Assembly: GCF_009834535.1 (NCBI RefSeq)
Contig: NC_045696.1
Location: 100,628,001 to 100,692,000, forward strand
Origin: Camelus ferus
Lineage: Eukaryota
Direction of reading: 5' to 3'
DNA: 64,000 nt
The translations under genes and the position numbers were made by a program. The notes beneath the pieces are model-generated. The model had not been told where the DNA came from and ran no database searches. It saw only the letters and a program-made list of their open reading frames with translations. Below are positions 37,540 through 50,109 of this stretch, one piece after another; positions within the stretch are counted from its first letter, which is position 1; each line of letters opens with the position of its first letter.

Positions 37540-39420
37540 TATTTGCTAAGAGATATGCTTAAATGCTATGTTTATTTTAAAATGTGGCTTTTAACATTAT
37601 CAAGTATCTTTTTGGGGGGGTTTCATTTAATGCTTTTTGGCTTGAAGTCTATCTTGGTATCAGATTTGCAAGCTTTGTTTTCATTTTTCTGGTAAATCTT
37701 TATGCATTTTGTTATTTTCAGCCCATTTGAATTGTGGCATTTTAAATGTCTCTTGTATGTAGCGCAGAATTAGATTTTGTTTCATGAGCCAATTTTAAAA
37801 TCTTTTTCTTTAAATAGGCATGCAGAATGGTGACTCTCATGAAGAAAGTCAAAACATTGGAATAGAAATAACACTTAAAAGAGTAATTCAAGAAAAATTT
37901 CCAGAAATACAAGACAATGTGAATGTCTACTTTGGAGGAGCCTACTGGTTACTAGGGAAAACTGACCAAGAACAAATAACTACAAGATATGTTTCAGTGA
38001 AATTACAGGACTTTAAAGGTAAAGAAAAAGTCCACAGGCAAAGAGATAAAATAGATTAAAACCACAAGAGAATCAGAATGGCATCTAATTCTTCTGTAAA
38101 ACTCATGCAATAAAAGGCAATGTGAAGGAGAATTTTCAAGAAACTTAAGGAAATAAAATGAAAACCAAAAAACTTAAAGAACGTGCAGACCAAGCTGTCC
38201 TTCAAGAGTGTAGGAAACAGTTTTGAATGTGCCAGAACTCAGGAAATTATTTTTAAGTATTTCCAAGGAATTTACTAAAGGTTGGGCTTCAACTGTCTTC
38301 CTTTTCAACTATTTTTTGATTTGGATGTTTTGTTTCTTTACCTAATTTTTATTTTAGATAGCTAATTTCCTGACCATCTTCCAAGTCCTTTATTACGTCT
38401 TTATTTGAATCTACTTTCACTTGGAAACCTTGTGTCTATTTCTGATATGATTTTGCCTTTTTCTCATATTATGTTTCTAAACTTTATCAACTCATTTCCA
38501 TTGTTCCTAGTTTTTGTCCATTTTTTCTTAATTTTTATCTTTCTGATTTGAAGTTCCTTTTTTCATATCCTCAAATTTTTAAATATTCTCAAAATCATAT
38601 CTGAGATAGTTATTTCATCTTGGAATGCAATGTTACAGTGATCGTCAACTCCATTGATGGCCAAGATTTTTCATCAATGAAAAACCTTTCATTCTTACTT
38701 TCTGAATATTTTTCAGTATTGTTTGTTAAAGGATACAGCCTGCTTTTTTTCTACCTCTATTCATTTTGAGGTCAGGTTCACCGGTTGGAGAGTGCTCATT
38801 GCTATTAGCTCCATGCTCTGCTGTGCAAGTTCTTTTTGAAAAGTGTCATTGGTGGTGGGAGGGGATGAGAAAGGGCTGATGTCTGGTTTCTCTTTCATTT
38901 CTGCAGGATCTTTAATTCCCCCTTCTGATTTGCCTCTTTACCTTCATTGCCTCATTTTTAAGAAGCATCACTTCCTTTCTCTATTTGTCTTTCTACATCT
39001 CATTCTTTTCCAGAACAGTACTTCTCTGAGGCTGCCACTTCCAGTCCTGCACACTTTCATGCTTTCCTTTAGACAGTTCTGTGAACTACGAGCCCTGATC
39101 TGCATTCAGTTTGCCTTATCCCATCGTGGTGGTTTTGTCTGCGCTTTCCAAGTTCCCCTCTGTCAGTGTTACTTCACCGAGTTTTTGGAAAACTCCTCTC
39201 CCTTGCTCTCTGCACCCACAGATTTACAGTGAAGGGCAGGCAAAGGGGTAAAGGGTATGCTGGGATTTATTTTGTTCTCTGTTTACAATTAATTCGAAAA
39301 TGATAATGTTCTCTATATCCTGGTAGTGCTGAAACTGTTGCCTATGATGTAACTTGCTCTAGATTTTACATTTTGGGGGGAGTGAAAGGAGGATATTAAA
39401 AATTGGATTTTAAGCAATTT
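37540..39420 (-). mobile_element. HAL1/L1ME-like element with an internal segment (~37820-38292) in the opposite orientation
   Basis: ORF 37820-38059(+) 'VIQEKFPEI...GAYWLLGKTDQEQITTRYVSVKLQDFKGKEKV' resembles the L1 ORF1p RRM (IIQENFP...RAH..PGKID...TPRHILVKLLDFKDKEKI); the flanks are T-rich antisense. Confidence 0.7.
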
Positions 39421-39589
39421 TCTTCAAGTCCACAAGTCTTTGTAATAAAAATGTTTATCCATTTACAGAGAAGGCAGTCTCATTTGTGTCCCCACTGCTA
39501 ATTTTCTTCCCTTGCACTTCCTAAGCAGATGAAACTACTGTAATTAGGTTAATATATTAGAGTCCATAACTATGAGATATTTAGAAATT

Positions 39590-39964
39590 TTTACTTTGTA
39601 TTGAAGTGTAGTCAATTTACAATGTTAGTTTCATGTGTACAGAAAAGCAATTCAGTTATACATATACATATATGTATATATATTTTCAGATTCTTTTCCA
39701 TTTGAACTCATTACAGGAAATTGAATATAGTTTCCTGTGCTATACAGTAGGTCCTTGTTGTTTATCTATTTTATATACAATAATATGTATCTATTAATCC
39801 CAGATTTCTAATCTGTCCCTCCCCTTTCTTTCCCCATAGTCTGTTTTCTATGTCCATGAGTCTATTTCTGGTCTGTAAATAAAATTTGTATTTTTTTTAA
39901 GATTCCACATATAAGCTACACTGTATGATATTTGTCTTTGTCTGACTTACTTCACTTAATATGT
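39590..39964 (-). mobile_element. Young artiodactyl-type L1 3' end
   Basis: Near-paralog of 9525-9976 ('attgaagtgtagtcaatttacaatgtt', 'tgtgctatacagtaggtccttgttgttt', 'agattccacatataag'). Confidence 0.92.
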
Positions 39965-39969
39965 CTTAA

Positions 39970-40650
39970 AATGTACAAAAACACATAATATTTTTAAATG
40001 CATGAAAGATTCTATACTCAAAGTATGCTTATATCACTTGTTCTTTTTCCACTTAACAGTATCTCTTGAAGAACTTTAAAGAGATTATATGGACCTATAT
40101 CATTTTCCAAAATGTCTCATGCTATTCTATCGTGTTTAATAACATAACCTAAATATGTCCCTATAGGTGGGCATATCTATAACTAATATGTGACAAATTT
40201 TAAGACTAATTTGTTGAGATTTTGATTGAGATGTGTCAAATTTATAGATATTTTCAGGGTAAAATGACTTATTTATAACATTTATCCTATCAATTTGTGA
40301 ACATAAACCTTTACTTTATTACACCTCTACGTATCATTTCTCAAATGTGTACATTTGCTTTTTGATGTTTTTGTATTTTATTAGGTTTATTGATAAACAT
40401 TTAATAGTTTTGTTGTTATCTTGAATGCATTTTTCTCTTATGGCAAGTTATATTAGTTTCATTGCTGATGTTTAGGAAAACTGTTGATTTTTATATGTTG
40501 ATAGTATATTTAAATGCAATTACCATATTCGTTTCCTAATATTTTGTCAATTAAGTCTCAGAAAATTAATATATATTTTTGATCATATATTCTGCCAGAA
40601 ACATCAATTTTGTTTCTTCTTTTTCAGTTGTATTTCTTTAATTTCTAGAA
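39970..40650 (-). mobile_element. Old L1ME-like fragments
   Basis: 'gagattttgattgagatgtgtcaaatttatagat', 'ttgctgatgtttaggaaaactgttgatttttatatgttgat'. Confidence 0.7.
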
Positions 40651-43600
40651 TCATTCTGTCATGCCACTAGATGAGGAGTCTACATGGATTTCTTCTCTGT
40701 TCTACCCTTGGAAAATATTGAAGGATGTGATTGAATTTCATTACATCTCAACCTATATAGCCTAGGAGTAATTATGTTTATTTTTCCATCTGATATTAAG
40801 AGTAATTTCTATCAAGCATAGCCTCTAATCATCCATGTTTTCTGGCTTGGATCTCAACCATCATAACTTAATCTGTCAACACATTTAACATGGGTTAAAT
40901 GAATATAAAGCACTAATGACTATGAGTAATGAGTAGAAAGAAGACTAGTTACACAGGTCCCTGATCTCAAGGAAATCACAGAGTTAATTATTTTGATTTT
41001 TTTTTTCCTCTCTGATTTTTTTTGTCTTTCCATCTGTGTGAAACCAGTGGCATGTAGAGTAGTCAGAGGACACTGGTAGGAGTGCACTGAAAATTGCCTC
41101 TTTTAATTTCCCCTGACAAGACTGAATCAAGAATAAGAAGTTATAGTAAGTTATTCTTCATAGGTTAAATTTATTATTTTCATAAGTAAGAACCCAGATA
41201 TAATATTCCCCCCCAGAAAGCAGCAACATTTTACCCTCTAGATAAACCCCTCAATGAACATGTTAAAGCAGCTTTCTTTGCTCCTCTAAGTAAAACACCT
41301 GTTTTTCTTTCCTATTTAGGGATTCTTTGATGATTTCTTGCTATCTTCTTAGAACAGTCTACATTATAAGTTGTTGGAAGGATTATAATACTGGTTGTAC
41401 ATCAATTATGCTAAAATGTAACCTTCAAAAATAACCTAGTCCATATATCTCCCTTTTTTCTGACTTGAAGGTTTAGCTCCATAGAGCTTAGGAAAATAGA
41501 ACAAACTTCCCCCCTAGAAGAAAAAAAAGGTTCCATCACTTTCATATTTTTCCAAAAGTACATAAGCAAAGCTCATTCAATTTCCAGAAAAGTAGCAATC
41601 TTAACTTTCAATAATCATTGCACAGAACAAGACTTGTATTTTTAAGAGGAATCTTTAGAAAGTACCACTATATATGGAAACTGGTGAGTATTTTTTCCTA
41701 AAAACTTTATAACAATGAATTGCAAGTGTGAGAAAATCAGATAGTATACAGTAACTTTTCAAGGTGAATTATCAGAGTTTAAGAACGGGCAGAAAGGATT
41801 TTTTTAAATGATAATAGGGAACTATTCTTTAACAAACGCAGAGGTCTGACCTGGCGATTCCTTGAAATGGTGTCTTGACGCCTTGAGACCTTAAATAAGA
41901 TGACTTGATGAATGAATTAGAATTATCTTTAAAGTAAATGCCATTTTAAAAAGGACTGAAACTGACAGAGGGGCACTTACAAGAATAAATATCCCAAAGA
42001 AGGGCATATAGAGAAAAAATTTAGTTTGCCATCAGTTTTGCCAATTAGATCAAAGCCTTCACTTGCAAGGCCAAATATGAGACTTTATGAAACAGCAAAC
42101 CTGCAAACTCTACATCATATAATGATTTTTCCTAATGAAAATAACAATTGATCATTCATCAAACATACCAGGTAAGAGAAATTCACTATGATTGTCTTCT
42201 AAGTAAGAAATACTTCTCCCAAAGATCCAACCTTTATAATCATGAGAATATCTACAAAGTGGAGAAAATTCATCAATCTGACAAGTGTGGTAACGGTTTC
42301 ACCTAGGGTTTAGGTCTTCACATTCAGTGGTGAAACCACATAGGAGATGAATCTTTATATAAGTGGTACCAGCTTAAGAAACATATCATGGCTTAACAGA
42401 CACAAAAGAATCCCTGAAGGAGAGAAACTTTATAGATATGAGGTCCTATGGCCTTCATATGGAATGCATATGTTCAAGTTGAGGGTTCAAAAAGTGAGTA
42501 AAGCCCATTAATTAGTGATTGTATTGATGTCTTCTACTAAAGTTTAACACTTTGCACCACCAGAGTCCACCCAAGAAGACAACTGTGCCAAAATTATGAA
42601 TATGATAAGGTGTTCCATAAGAGATCAACATTTGGGTCCATCAGGGTGTCTATATAATTTAGATGAAAATTAGTTACAAAAGTAAAACTTCAGATACTTA
42701 AGTGTTTAGAAAAGAAATGTTGTATATAATTCTTAGTGTGCTAAAAATTATCTACCACCATCTCTTCCAAAGAGTATCATTTTAGATTATTAAGCTATTC
42801 TGCCTTCATGTCACTGACTAGAAAGCCATTTTAAACATATGTCAATAGTTAAATGTCAGATTTTATTCACGGAGGACGATATTTCTTGTTATATCTTTCC
42901 TATGTCTTTCTAGTTGAAAATGTCACTTGTAGAATCTGAGGTTCTGAGTATTCTCGTATGAAATGTAAACTTTTATTACATAGCTGTCTATAAAAGACAG
43001 TAAAACTTGAAATATAGTTAGTGGGTTGTTGGATTTGGTAAAGATAGGTTTCACTGACTTCTGATATCTATGGATATCAACGGATTTACATTTTTCCCTT
43101 TGATCCAAGAACAGCAGCCTATGGATATGAAAATAGGCAGTTCACTTTTTGAAATAATTCATATTTATTTCAACTCCTATTGAGTTTTCCATTTAACCTA
43201 AAAGTGCTTCTGGGATCAATCTACTTGAATGGTCTTGGAATTCCACCCCAGAGAGCATTAAAAATCCTTTATACCTAGAATCATATAAAAATCTGATATC
43301 TAAAAGATAAGTCTTTCATGGTGACGCACTAGTAGAAGATCTCATGAACACAATTTTTAAGCAAAAAGATGGTATTTTGTGCCTTTAAGATTTCCCTTCT
43401 AAGGGCTGTAATGTACATAGTATAAAACATTTCTTGGGAATTTGAAAGTAGCTACATGTACGTGGTAAGAGTTGAAAATAAGAAAATCTTTAAGTTTTCT
43501 CTACACAATATTTATTATATTAGCACACAAATGATTAAAAAGGATCATAACATGGAGTCATTAGCAGACCAAGAATTTGTTGAAAAGTTCATCAAAAGAC

Positions 43601-43945
43601 CTGAACTTTAGTACAGATCTCCCTGCTAAAAGGAGAGTTAATTTTACAGGTGCTTTAACATGCAAACTCTCAATTTTGATTACTTTCCATAAAACTGCAA
43701 AGGATAAAAATAAATATTAATTTTCAAAGCCCAATTTACAAACCTGTCTTAACACTTTTCATATCATTATTCAGAACACTGCAGAAAGATTTTCTACATC
43801 TTAATAGAGAAGAAGTTGCGAAATAACTAGTAGATTGGTTGATTCATTAAAAGTGGATTTCATCGACAGTTCTGTTCATATCTGTGGGTGCCAACATTGG
43901 CCAACCCCTTGACAACTCTGAACCTCAGTTTTCTACTTACAAAAT

Positions 43946-44072
43946 TGTGATATTGTGATATTAAAAAAAAAATCCAGGGTTCTTTGCTCACAGCTCCCAA
44001 AACCCTTGGAATTTCCTGAGTAATGAGATCTTAACGGTGGCTATTATGTTATGTTAATGAGGTGACTTTGGG
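43946..44072. mobile_element. MER21-like LTR fragment inserted in a MIR (43880-44130)
   Basis: 'tgtgatattgtgatat...cacagctcccaaaacccttggaatttcctgagt'; flanking 'ctctgaacctcagttttc' is MIR core. Confidence 0.65.
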
Positions 44073-45239
44073 AAAGTTAAGTCATTATACATAATAATCT
44101 TCCAATATTCTTTCCAGTTCTATCATTCAGCTTTCTTTGGGAAAAAAATAATATTATTTTATCATATTCCTTTGGGAGAATAAGATGAACACTAATATGG
44201 CTATACTACTATTGTCATGAGTGAGTGGTAAGGGAGAGTCTCAAAAAAGTTCCACAAAGTGTGCCTCCTTGGGACTGCAGATTGATTTCTTTCCCCCAGG
44301 AAATAAAATTGTTGTCATTTAGAGTTTGATGATTACTGGGAAGAGGAGTCAAGGATGGAACTTATGAAGGTCAGGAAACTTACAGAAAGATAACTGTCTA
44401 ACACTTCAACCATATCCTCCATTATATTTAAAATGACATAATCCTACTTCTTTAGCTGTAAAGGCCATTTAAATGACATTAAAGGGCAAGAAGCAGCAAC
44501 TAAAACCCTGAATAAAACCTCCATGGGTGGGGAGGGTAAAAGCTGGCTTTGACAGCTAGTTCAGAGTATGAGGTGTCAGGCTTCCTCCTTGAGGAAGTGA
44601 TTGCAAAGTAATTCAAAGAAGTGCCTTAACTGAAATATTTGGGCAATGCTCTCACATAGAGTGTAAACTGTATGTTGTCTAATGGTGTCATACAAGCCTA
44701 CCTAGGATATCAGATCATAGTTGTCTTTATTGTTTTGAGTATTTATATATATAGATGTATATTTGTAAATGCATTTAAATTTGTTGATTCCAAAGATAAG
44801 CAATTTTACAATTTTCTAATAGATGATAATAACATATCCTGTTTGAAAAGGGTCAGTATACTATGGCAATTGGGAAACAGATTAAAGTACAATGTAATCT
44901 GTTTTCAAGTATAGAGGAACAAAGTTGATAACCCAACATCCTTGCTGATTTAGTATCTAAAATAATCTGTGTCTGGGGTAATATATACAAAATCCCAATG
45001 TAGTTAGGAGTTCTTAGTACATAGTAAATGCTATGTCTTTCTATTTATTACTCCAGGGAGCTGAATTTTGAACAGATGATCTAATGGTTGAGTGTCTTTA
45101 AATTAAGGGAAACAAATCTACTGGCAATAATACATGAGTTAAACTTGATAACATATTTTAGTTCATATTGTATGCCATTTGTTAAAAATAATGATGCAAC
45201 TATTTCCAATTTAAAACTATAAATTCTTCATGACACAAT

Positions 45240-46049
45240 TTATTATGAATAATAAATATTCATTTATCACTAATAATTCACCTGGTAAATATTTCATGTG
45301 TGCATAATGGACCCACTTCCTTCCTTACAGGTGCACAACCTCTTAAGCTTGTGGATTACCCTTTCTGTAATTCTTTTGCATCAATGAGCAAATACATCTC
45401 TGTTACCCTCTATCTTCATCATTTTTATATGAAAGTTAGCATATTATCACTTTTCCCCCTCATTTTAGTTGTTTCATTTAACAGCATATTCTGAAAATCA
45501 CTCCAAATAATGCATAGAGATTGTTCTCATTCTTTCTGATTCTTTTTTATGGTAATATTCTCCTACTTGAGGATATTTAGGCTATATCAAATATTTAATA
45601 ATTGTAATTATAATACATTACAAATTGATTATAATTATAATAAATATACAATTATATTTAAATAAATTGTTTAAATTATAATAAATTATAATTTACTCAA
45701 ATAATGCTAAATAAATAATGTGGCATATGTATTTTTGTATCCTTGGAGGGTGTCTTTAGGGTAAAGTCTTAGAAGTGGGATTTCTGGGTCAAAAGATAAG
45801 CACATTTGTAGATTTGTGAGTTATGGACAAATTCCCCTCCAGAAAACTTGTACTGATTTGCATTCCCACCTGCATTGTATCAGCATGCTTGTTTCCTCAT
45901 AGCTTTGCTAACAGAATTTATTGTCATACTTCCTCGTTTTTACAATCTGATAATAAATAATATTTCAGAGTTATTTTAATTTGCATGTCTTTAACTATGA
46001 ATGAGATTGAATATTTTTATATGCTTTATATGTGTATGTGTGTGAATAC

Positions 46050-46092
<43 letters not shown>

Positions 46093-46450
46093 TGACTTGT
46101 CACATCTTTTTCCCACTTTTCTATTGGGAAATGGCAGAAATTTGGGAAAAAAGAGATGAAATTAGATTTATGCATTGCAGCATACATACTAATAAATTCC
46201 AAACTAATCAGAAACTTAAATGTTGAAAAAAAAAGCTATACAAATACTAGAAGAAAACATGGGCAAATTCTTTTAAAATCTTGATATAGAAGAAGGCATT
46301 GTAATAATGATTCAAAGTTCAGAGGAAATAAAAGAAAATATTTGATCCATGTGACTACGTAAAAAAAACTTTTGCATTGTAAATAGCATCATTATAAAAT
46401 CAGAGGACAACTGATACAGTAAAAGAACAATGTGCAAAATATATCAGAAA
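45240..46450 (-). mobile_element. Old L1M with an inverted 5' portion (46130-46450 on +) and internal (TA)(CA)n at ~46049-46090
   Basis: Antisense 'agaagtgggatttctgggtcaaa...tttgcattcccacc'; sense 'aagctatacaaatactagaagaaaacatggg'. Confidence 0.75.
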
Positions 46451-47154
46451 ATTTTGTGCTTTTGTTTGCTTGTCTGTTTGTTTTGAAGATGAAAAATGGT
46501 TTTGAATCGTCCTGTTTTATGGTTCTCTGTTGCTTTGTAGGACCCTAAGATATTCCCCCTCGTTTTACCTTCACCACCCAATTGCCAAACACTTTGCCCC
46601 TCTATATGTCAAATGGATATAAAGTTTCTCCACCAAAAGCTCTGCGCATCAAAAACTGCTCCTTTATGTGTGCTTGTCCCTTTAAGTCATGCCTGTCTTT
46701 ACATTGTGTCTGTTCCTTTAAACAGCACCTGCTCCTTTAGATCACAGATACTTTGAAATGCTCTGATCTGTCTGAGAACATTCCCAGTGATTATAGGTAG
46801 GAGATGGACATAGTATTTCTGACGATCATGCCAAATCACCCTTAGGCCCCTTCGCCAGCTTTCATCTTCTATCTTCCTCGTCATTTTCTCATTACGGTTT
46901 TGCTCTCCACAGAGCCTGGTGGCTGGTAAGGCCAAGGCAGTAGCATGAGAGATTTCATGCTGGGACTGGTGTTTTTCTCTCTTCACTCCCAGTTAGTTTG
47001 TATGTTCAGCTTTCTCTTTCTTTCAGGTGTGCTGAGGGCATGATTTTGTGTGGAATTGACTTATCCCTTCTTATTGTCTCATATTTTTGGATGAGAAATT
47101 TAGGGATGTAGAGAGCTGTGCTGCTGCCTTTATCCTCAGCTACACCTATGCCTG

Positions 47155-47272
47155 ATCATACCATATGAGATCACTCATATGTGGAACCTAAAATAATAAC
47201 AATAATAATAATAAAATTAAAAAAATAAATACAAGACAGAAACAGACTCATAGACATAGAATACAAATTTTA
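47155..47272 (+). mobile_element. Short L1 3' fragment
   Basis: 'ataccatatgagatcactcatatgtggaacctaaaa...cagaaacagactcatagacatagaa'. Confidence 0.8.
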
Positions 47273-47337
47273 TTGTTTTTTAATCAAAGAAAATCAAATT
47301 AAAGAGGTGAAGATACATTACATACATATATATAAAC

Positions 47338-47676
47338 TATTGTAATGGGGGAGAAGAGACCTCAGTATAGGACTGGGCTCAGTTCTGAACACCATAAGGA
47401 CAAGTGGGGGTCAGTGGAGAGAAAATTACTAGAGGAAAAATCAAGGGTTTGGGGGAATTCTGGCTAAACTAACTTGACAAAATTCTTGCTGAAAGCAGGC
47501 CAGGACAGTCAGATACCGAGGGTGTGGGGTGAGGAATTTGATCAGATATCAAGGGGGCAGGCAGGTGAGGATCATGCTAGAACTCCACTCTTCAAGGAAG
47601 GACATGGATGCTCTGGATTTGAATGAGAGCTCAGATGAGCCTGATCAAAGTTTGGTCATGGAGAGAATTTTATCGG
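47338..47676 (-). mobile_element. MER31-like ERV1 LTR
   Basis: Reverse complement begins 'ttctctccatgaccaaactttgatcaggctcatctgagctctc', similar to the MER31 5' end; internal 'gaggaatttgatcagatatcaagggg'. Confidence 0.8.
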
Positions 47677-48739
47677 TCTCCAAATACTGTTAATTTCATA
47701 TAAAAAGTGTGAGATTTTGTTGTATTCCTTTAAATAATGTGGAACTTTGCTCTTTCATACAAGTAAGTATTTGGGGTCAGTTTCATCCTTTAAAAGCTTG
47801 CTTGAATAGTCTATGGTTAATGTATCACCACTAGGAAGGTGAGACCCTTCTGAGGCTTCTCCCTGATGCCTTGTGTATAACTAGGTCTTATACATTTTGC
47901 AACTCAGATTTCTGTCTCCTTAACTGCTACACTATGTTTTTATTTCTGGTCCTGATCTATAGCTTGAAATTTGCCTCCAGGAAGTAAAATGGAGCAGTAA
48001 AATGTAGGTTTTAGAATATATAAAACATATAGACTATAAACATGTAATATACAGAACATAAAGCATGTAGATTTTAGAATTTACAAAATAAAGCATACCT
48101 CATTTCTTTTCCCCCCAAACACCATAACTTTAAACTAATGGCATGTGTTTGAAATATGTTGACTGAAACTCCAAGCCCAGTAGTATATGGGAAATAACAT
48201 GCCCATGAAGAGACATGATGCTTCCAGTCAACAGATGGAATTAGCATGCATCACTAAAAGCATGCGAGGTATAAAGTATAACAGCATTTTGCCAAAAGGA
48301 TTTAGTGAGCTTCCAAAATGCCTATTTGGTGAAAGATCCCACAGATTTCTGAGTTCTCCTCTTAATTCCTAAAATTTATAATTTTGCAACTACCAACTCA
48401 GTATCATTTATTTTCATGCCTTAATTATCCTAGCCTTTTATTAACTTAAAAACAAGAAAATGAAAATAGAACTGGCAAAATGACCATGAAAGCACTTGGT
48501 CTGTGTATGAAAATTTGACTTCCATGTGATTCTAGTTCTAAATTCTAAACTCTTGATGGGTTTCCTTCCACATTGTGGTTATCTCTCTTTCTAAAGTGCC
48601 CATTGGAAACTTTTTTTTGGGAATTAAGTGACTGGTCTGAGAGAAACAGACTTTATTAGCTAGTATTTCTCATTGCCCAGCTGTGCTCTGCTTGTAAGTG
48701 CAGCCGTTTTTACGTCTTCATCTATGTGAGACAGATGAT

Positions 48740-49030
48740 ACAATATGAATGATATGATAATGAGAGAGGAGACATCGCTGCCAATTTTACAGGATTATTA
48801 GGATAACAGGTGAATGCTGTTAACAATTTTATGTCAGTAAATGTGGCGATTTTGGTGAAATGGACAAATGACTTAAATGCCACAAACTCTAAAGATCATT
48901 CAAGAAGAAACGATAATCAGAATAGTACTCTACCTGTTAAAGAGTTTAAATCTGTAGTTACAAATTTCCCACAAGGAAAACTCCAGATTGTTCATGAGGG
49001 AATTCTATGAAATACGTAAAATGTAATACT
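48740..49030 (+). mobile_element. Old L1 ORF2 fragment
   Basis: 'caattttatgtcagtaaat...tgaaatggacaaat...caagaagaaa...aaatttcccacaaggaaaactccag' (EMDK...QEE...LPT.KTPG region). Confidence 0.75.
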
Positions 49031-50109
49031 GTCAATCCTTATGTTTTCTTCTTAATCTCTTCATTTATTACCAACTACCTTTCATCCTTTCTTCCTAAAT
49101 TTTTTGGTGGTATTTTCTCTAACAGTTCCAAATTTGAAATGGACATCAGGCTTTAAAGATTCATAGTGTTCTAGTATCAAGCTGAGATCACAAGGTAAAT
49201 AAGCAATTAATACAAACAATGTAAGTATAACTAAGCATAGCTCTAAATATCAGTTCACAGAAAAAATGATCTAATATTTATCTTCTCTTCTGCAATTTCT
49301 CATAAATATAGTTTGCTCCCATGAGCATCAAGAAAGCAATTTCTAAGGAAGAATCGCTCTGTTGTACTAACTCCAGTAACATTTTAAATGATTCTTTTCA
49401 TTCTATCTCTTCTTTGTAAATTTGAAAAAAATGTATCAATTCTGGTCACTGAAAAATGAATGATTTATATCTTGTACATTCTTAATTTTCCAGCTCATTA
49501 ACAAGTTTTTTAACACCATTTTCAACAGCAGTTTTGTTTTTTTTTTTTTTTTGGCTGGCCAATGTATTACTCTTAGATTTTGACATGTATATATATGCAA
49601 GCAACTTTTTTTTTCATACTGAAACATTTTTGAAAGAAACACAATGCAATTTTATTTTTAAAGAAATAATGACACTAAATATCCCTAGATTCTGCTGTGA
49701 CATTTGTCTACTTAAATGTTTGTTATTATGCTCTTGTTGGGAGCCTTTCTTTATGTTATATAATTAAGACCATACATTTGAGGGTGCATGAGCCAAACAT
49801 ATATATATATATACACACACACAATTATGTTAGGGAACTATTAGTGCTCTGCTATTTTGAAACTGCTTTAGCTTGTAAATATTCTGTACCTATTTAGTTT
49901 ACGTTTAAATAATGGAATTATAGTAAAAGTATATATTTATTGAAAAATACATAAACTAATATTATGTGTGTTAAACTGCCATAAAAACTGAGAGAAATAT
50001 TCTTAAATCTGTTGCATAGGCAGATAACAAACTGATTATTGTCACAAATCTGAAGGATCAACTCTTCACTTAGCTGGTTGTTCTAAAAAGGAACTTGCAT
50101 TCCCTGGGA

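Noticed and set aside
37820..38059. ORF1p-like ORF as a domesticated gene (L1TD1-like)
   Set aside because: Short, ends in a stop within the domain and is surrounded by decayed element sequence.
38843..39232. 129-aa ORF
   Set aside because: Lies in the pyrimidine-rich antisense strand of a HAL1/L1ME 5' region.
41646..41683. Short exon-like segment ending CTG|GTGAGT
   Set aside because: Good donor but weak acceptor and an unrecognised peptide; indistinguishable from background.
42860..43005. Minus-strand acceptor (gttttactgtcttttatag) with downstream AATAAA as a terminal exon
   Set aside because: No recognisable peptide or upstream exon; AATAAA is common in AT-rich DNA.
45595..45720. Extremely AT-rich TAATTA-type tract
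   Set aside because: Low-complexity expansion inside an old L1; no evidence of function.
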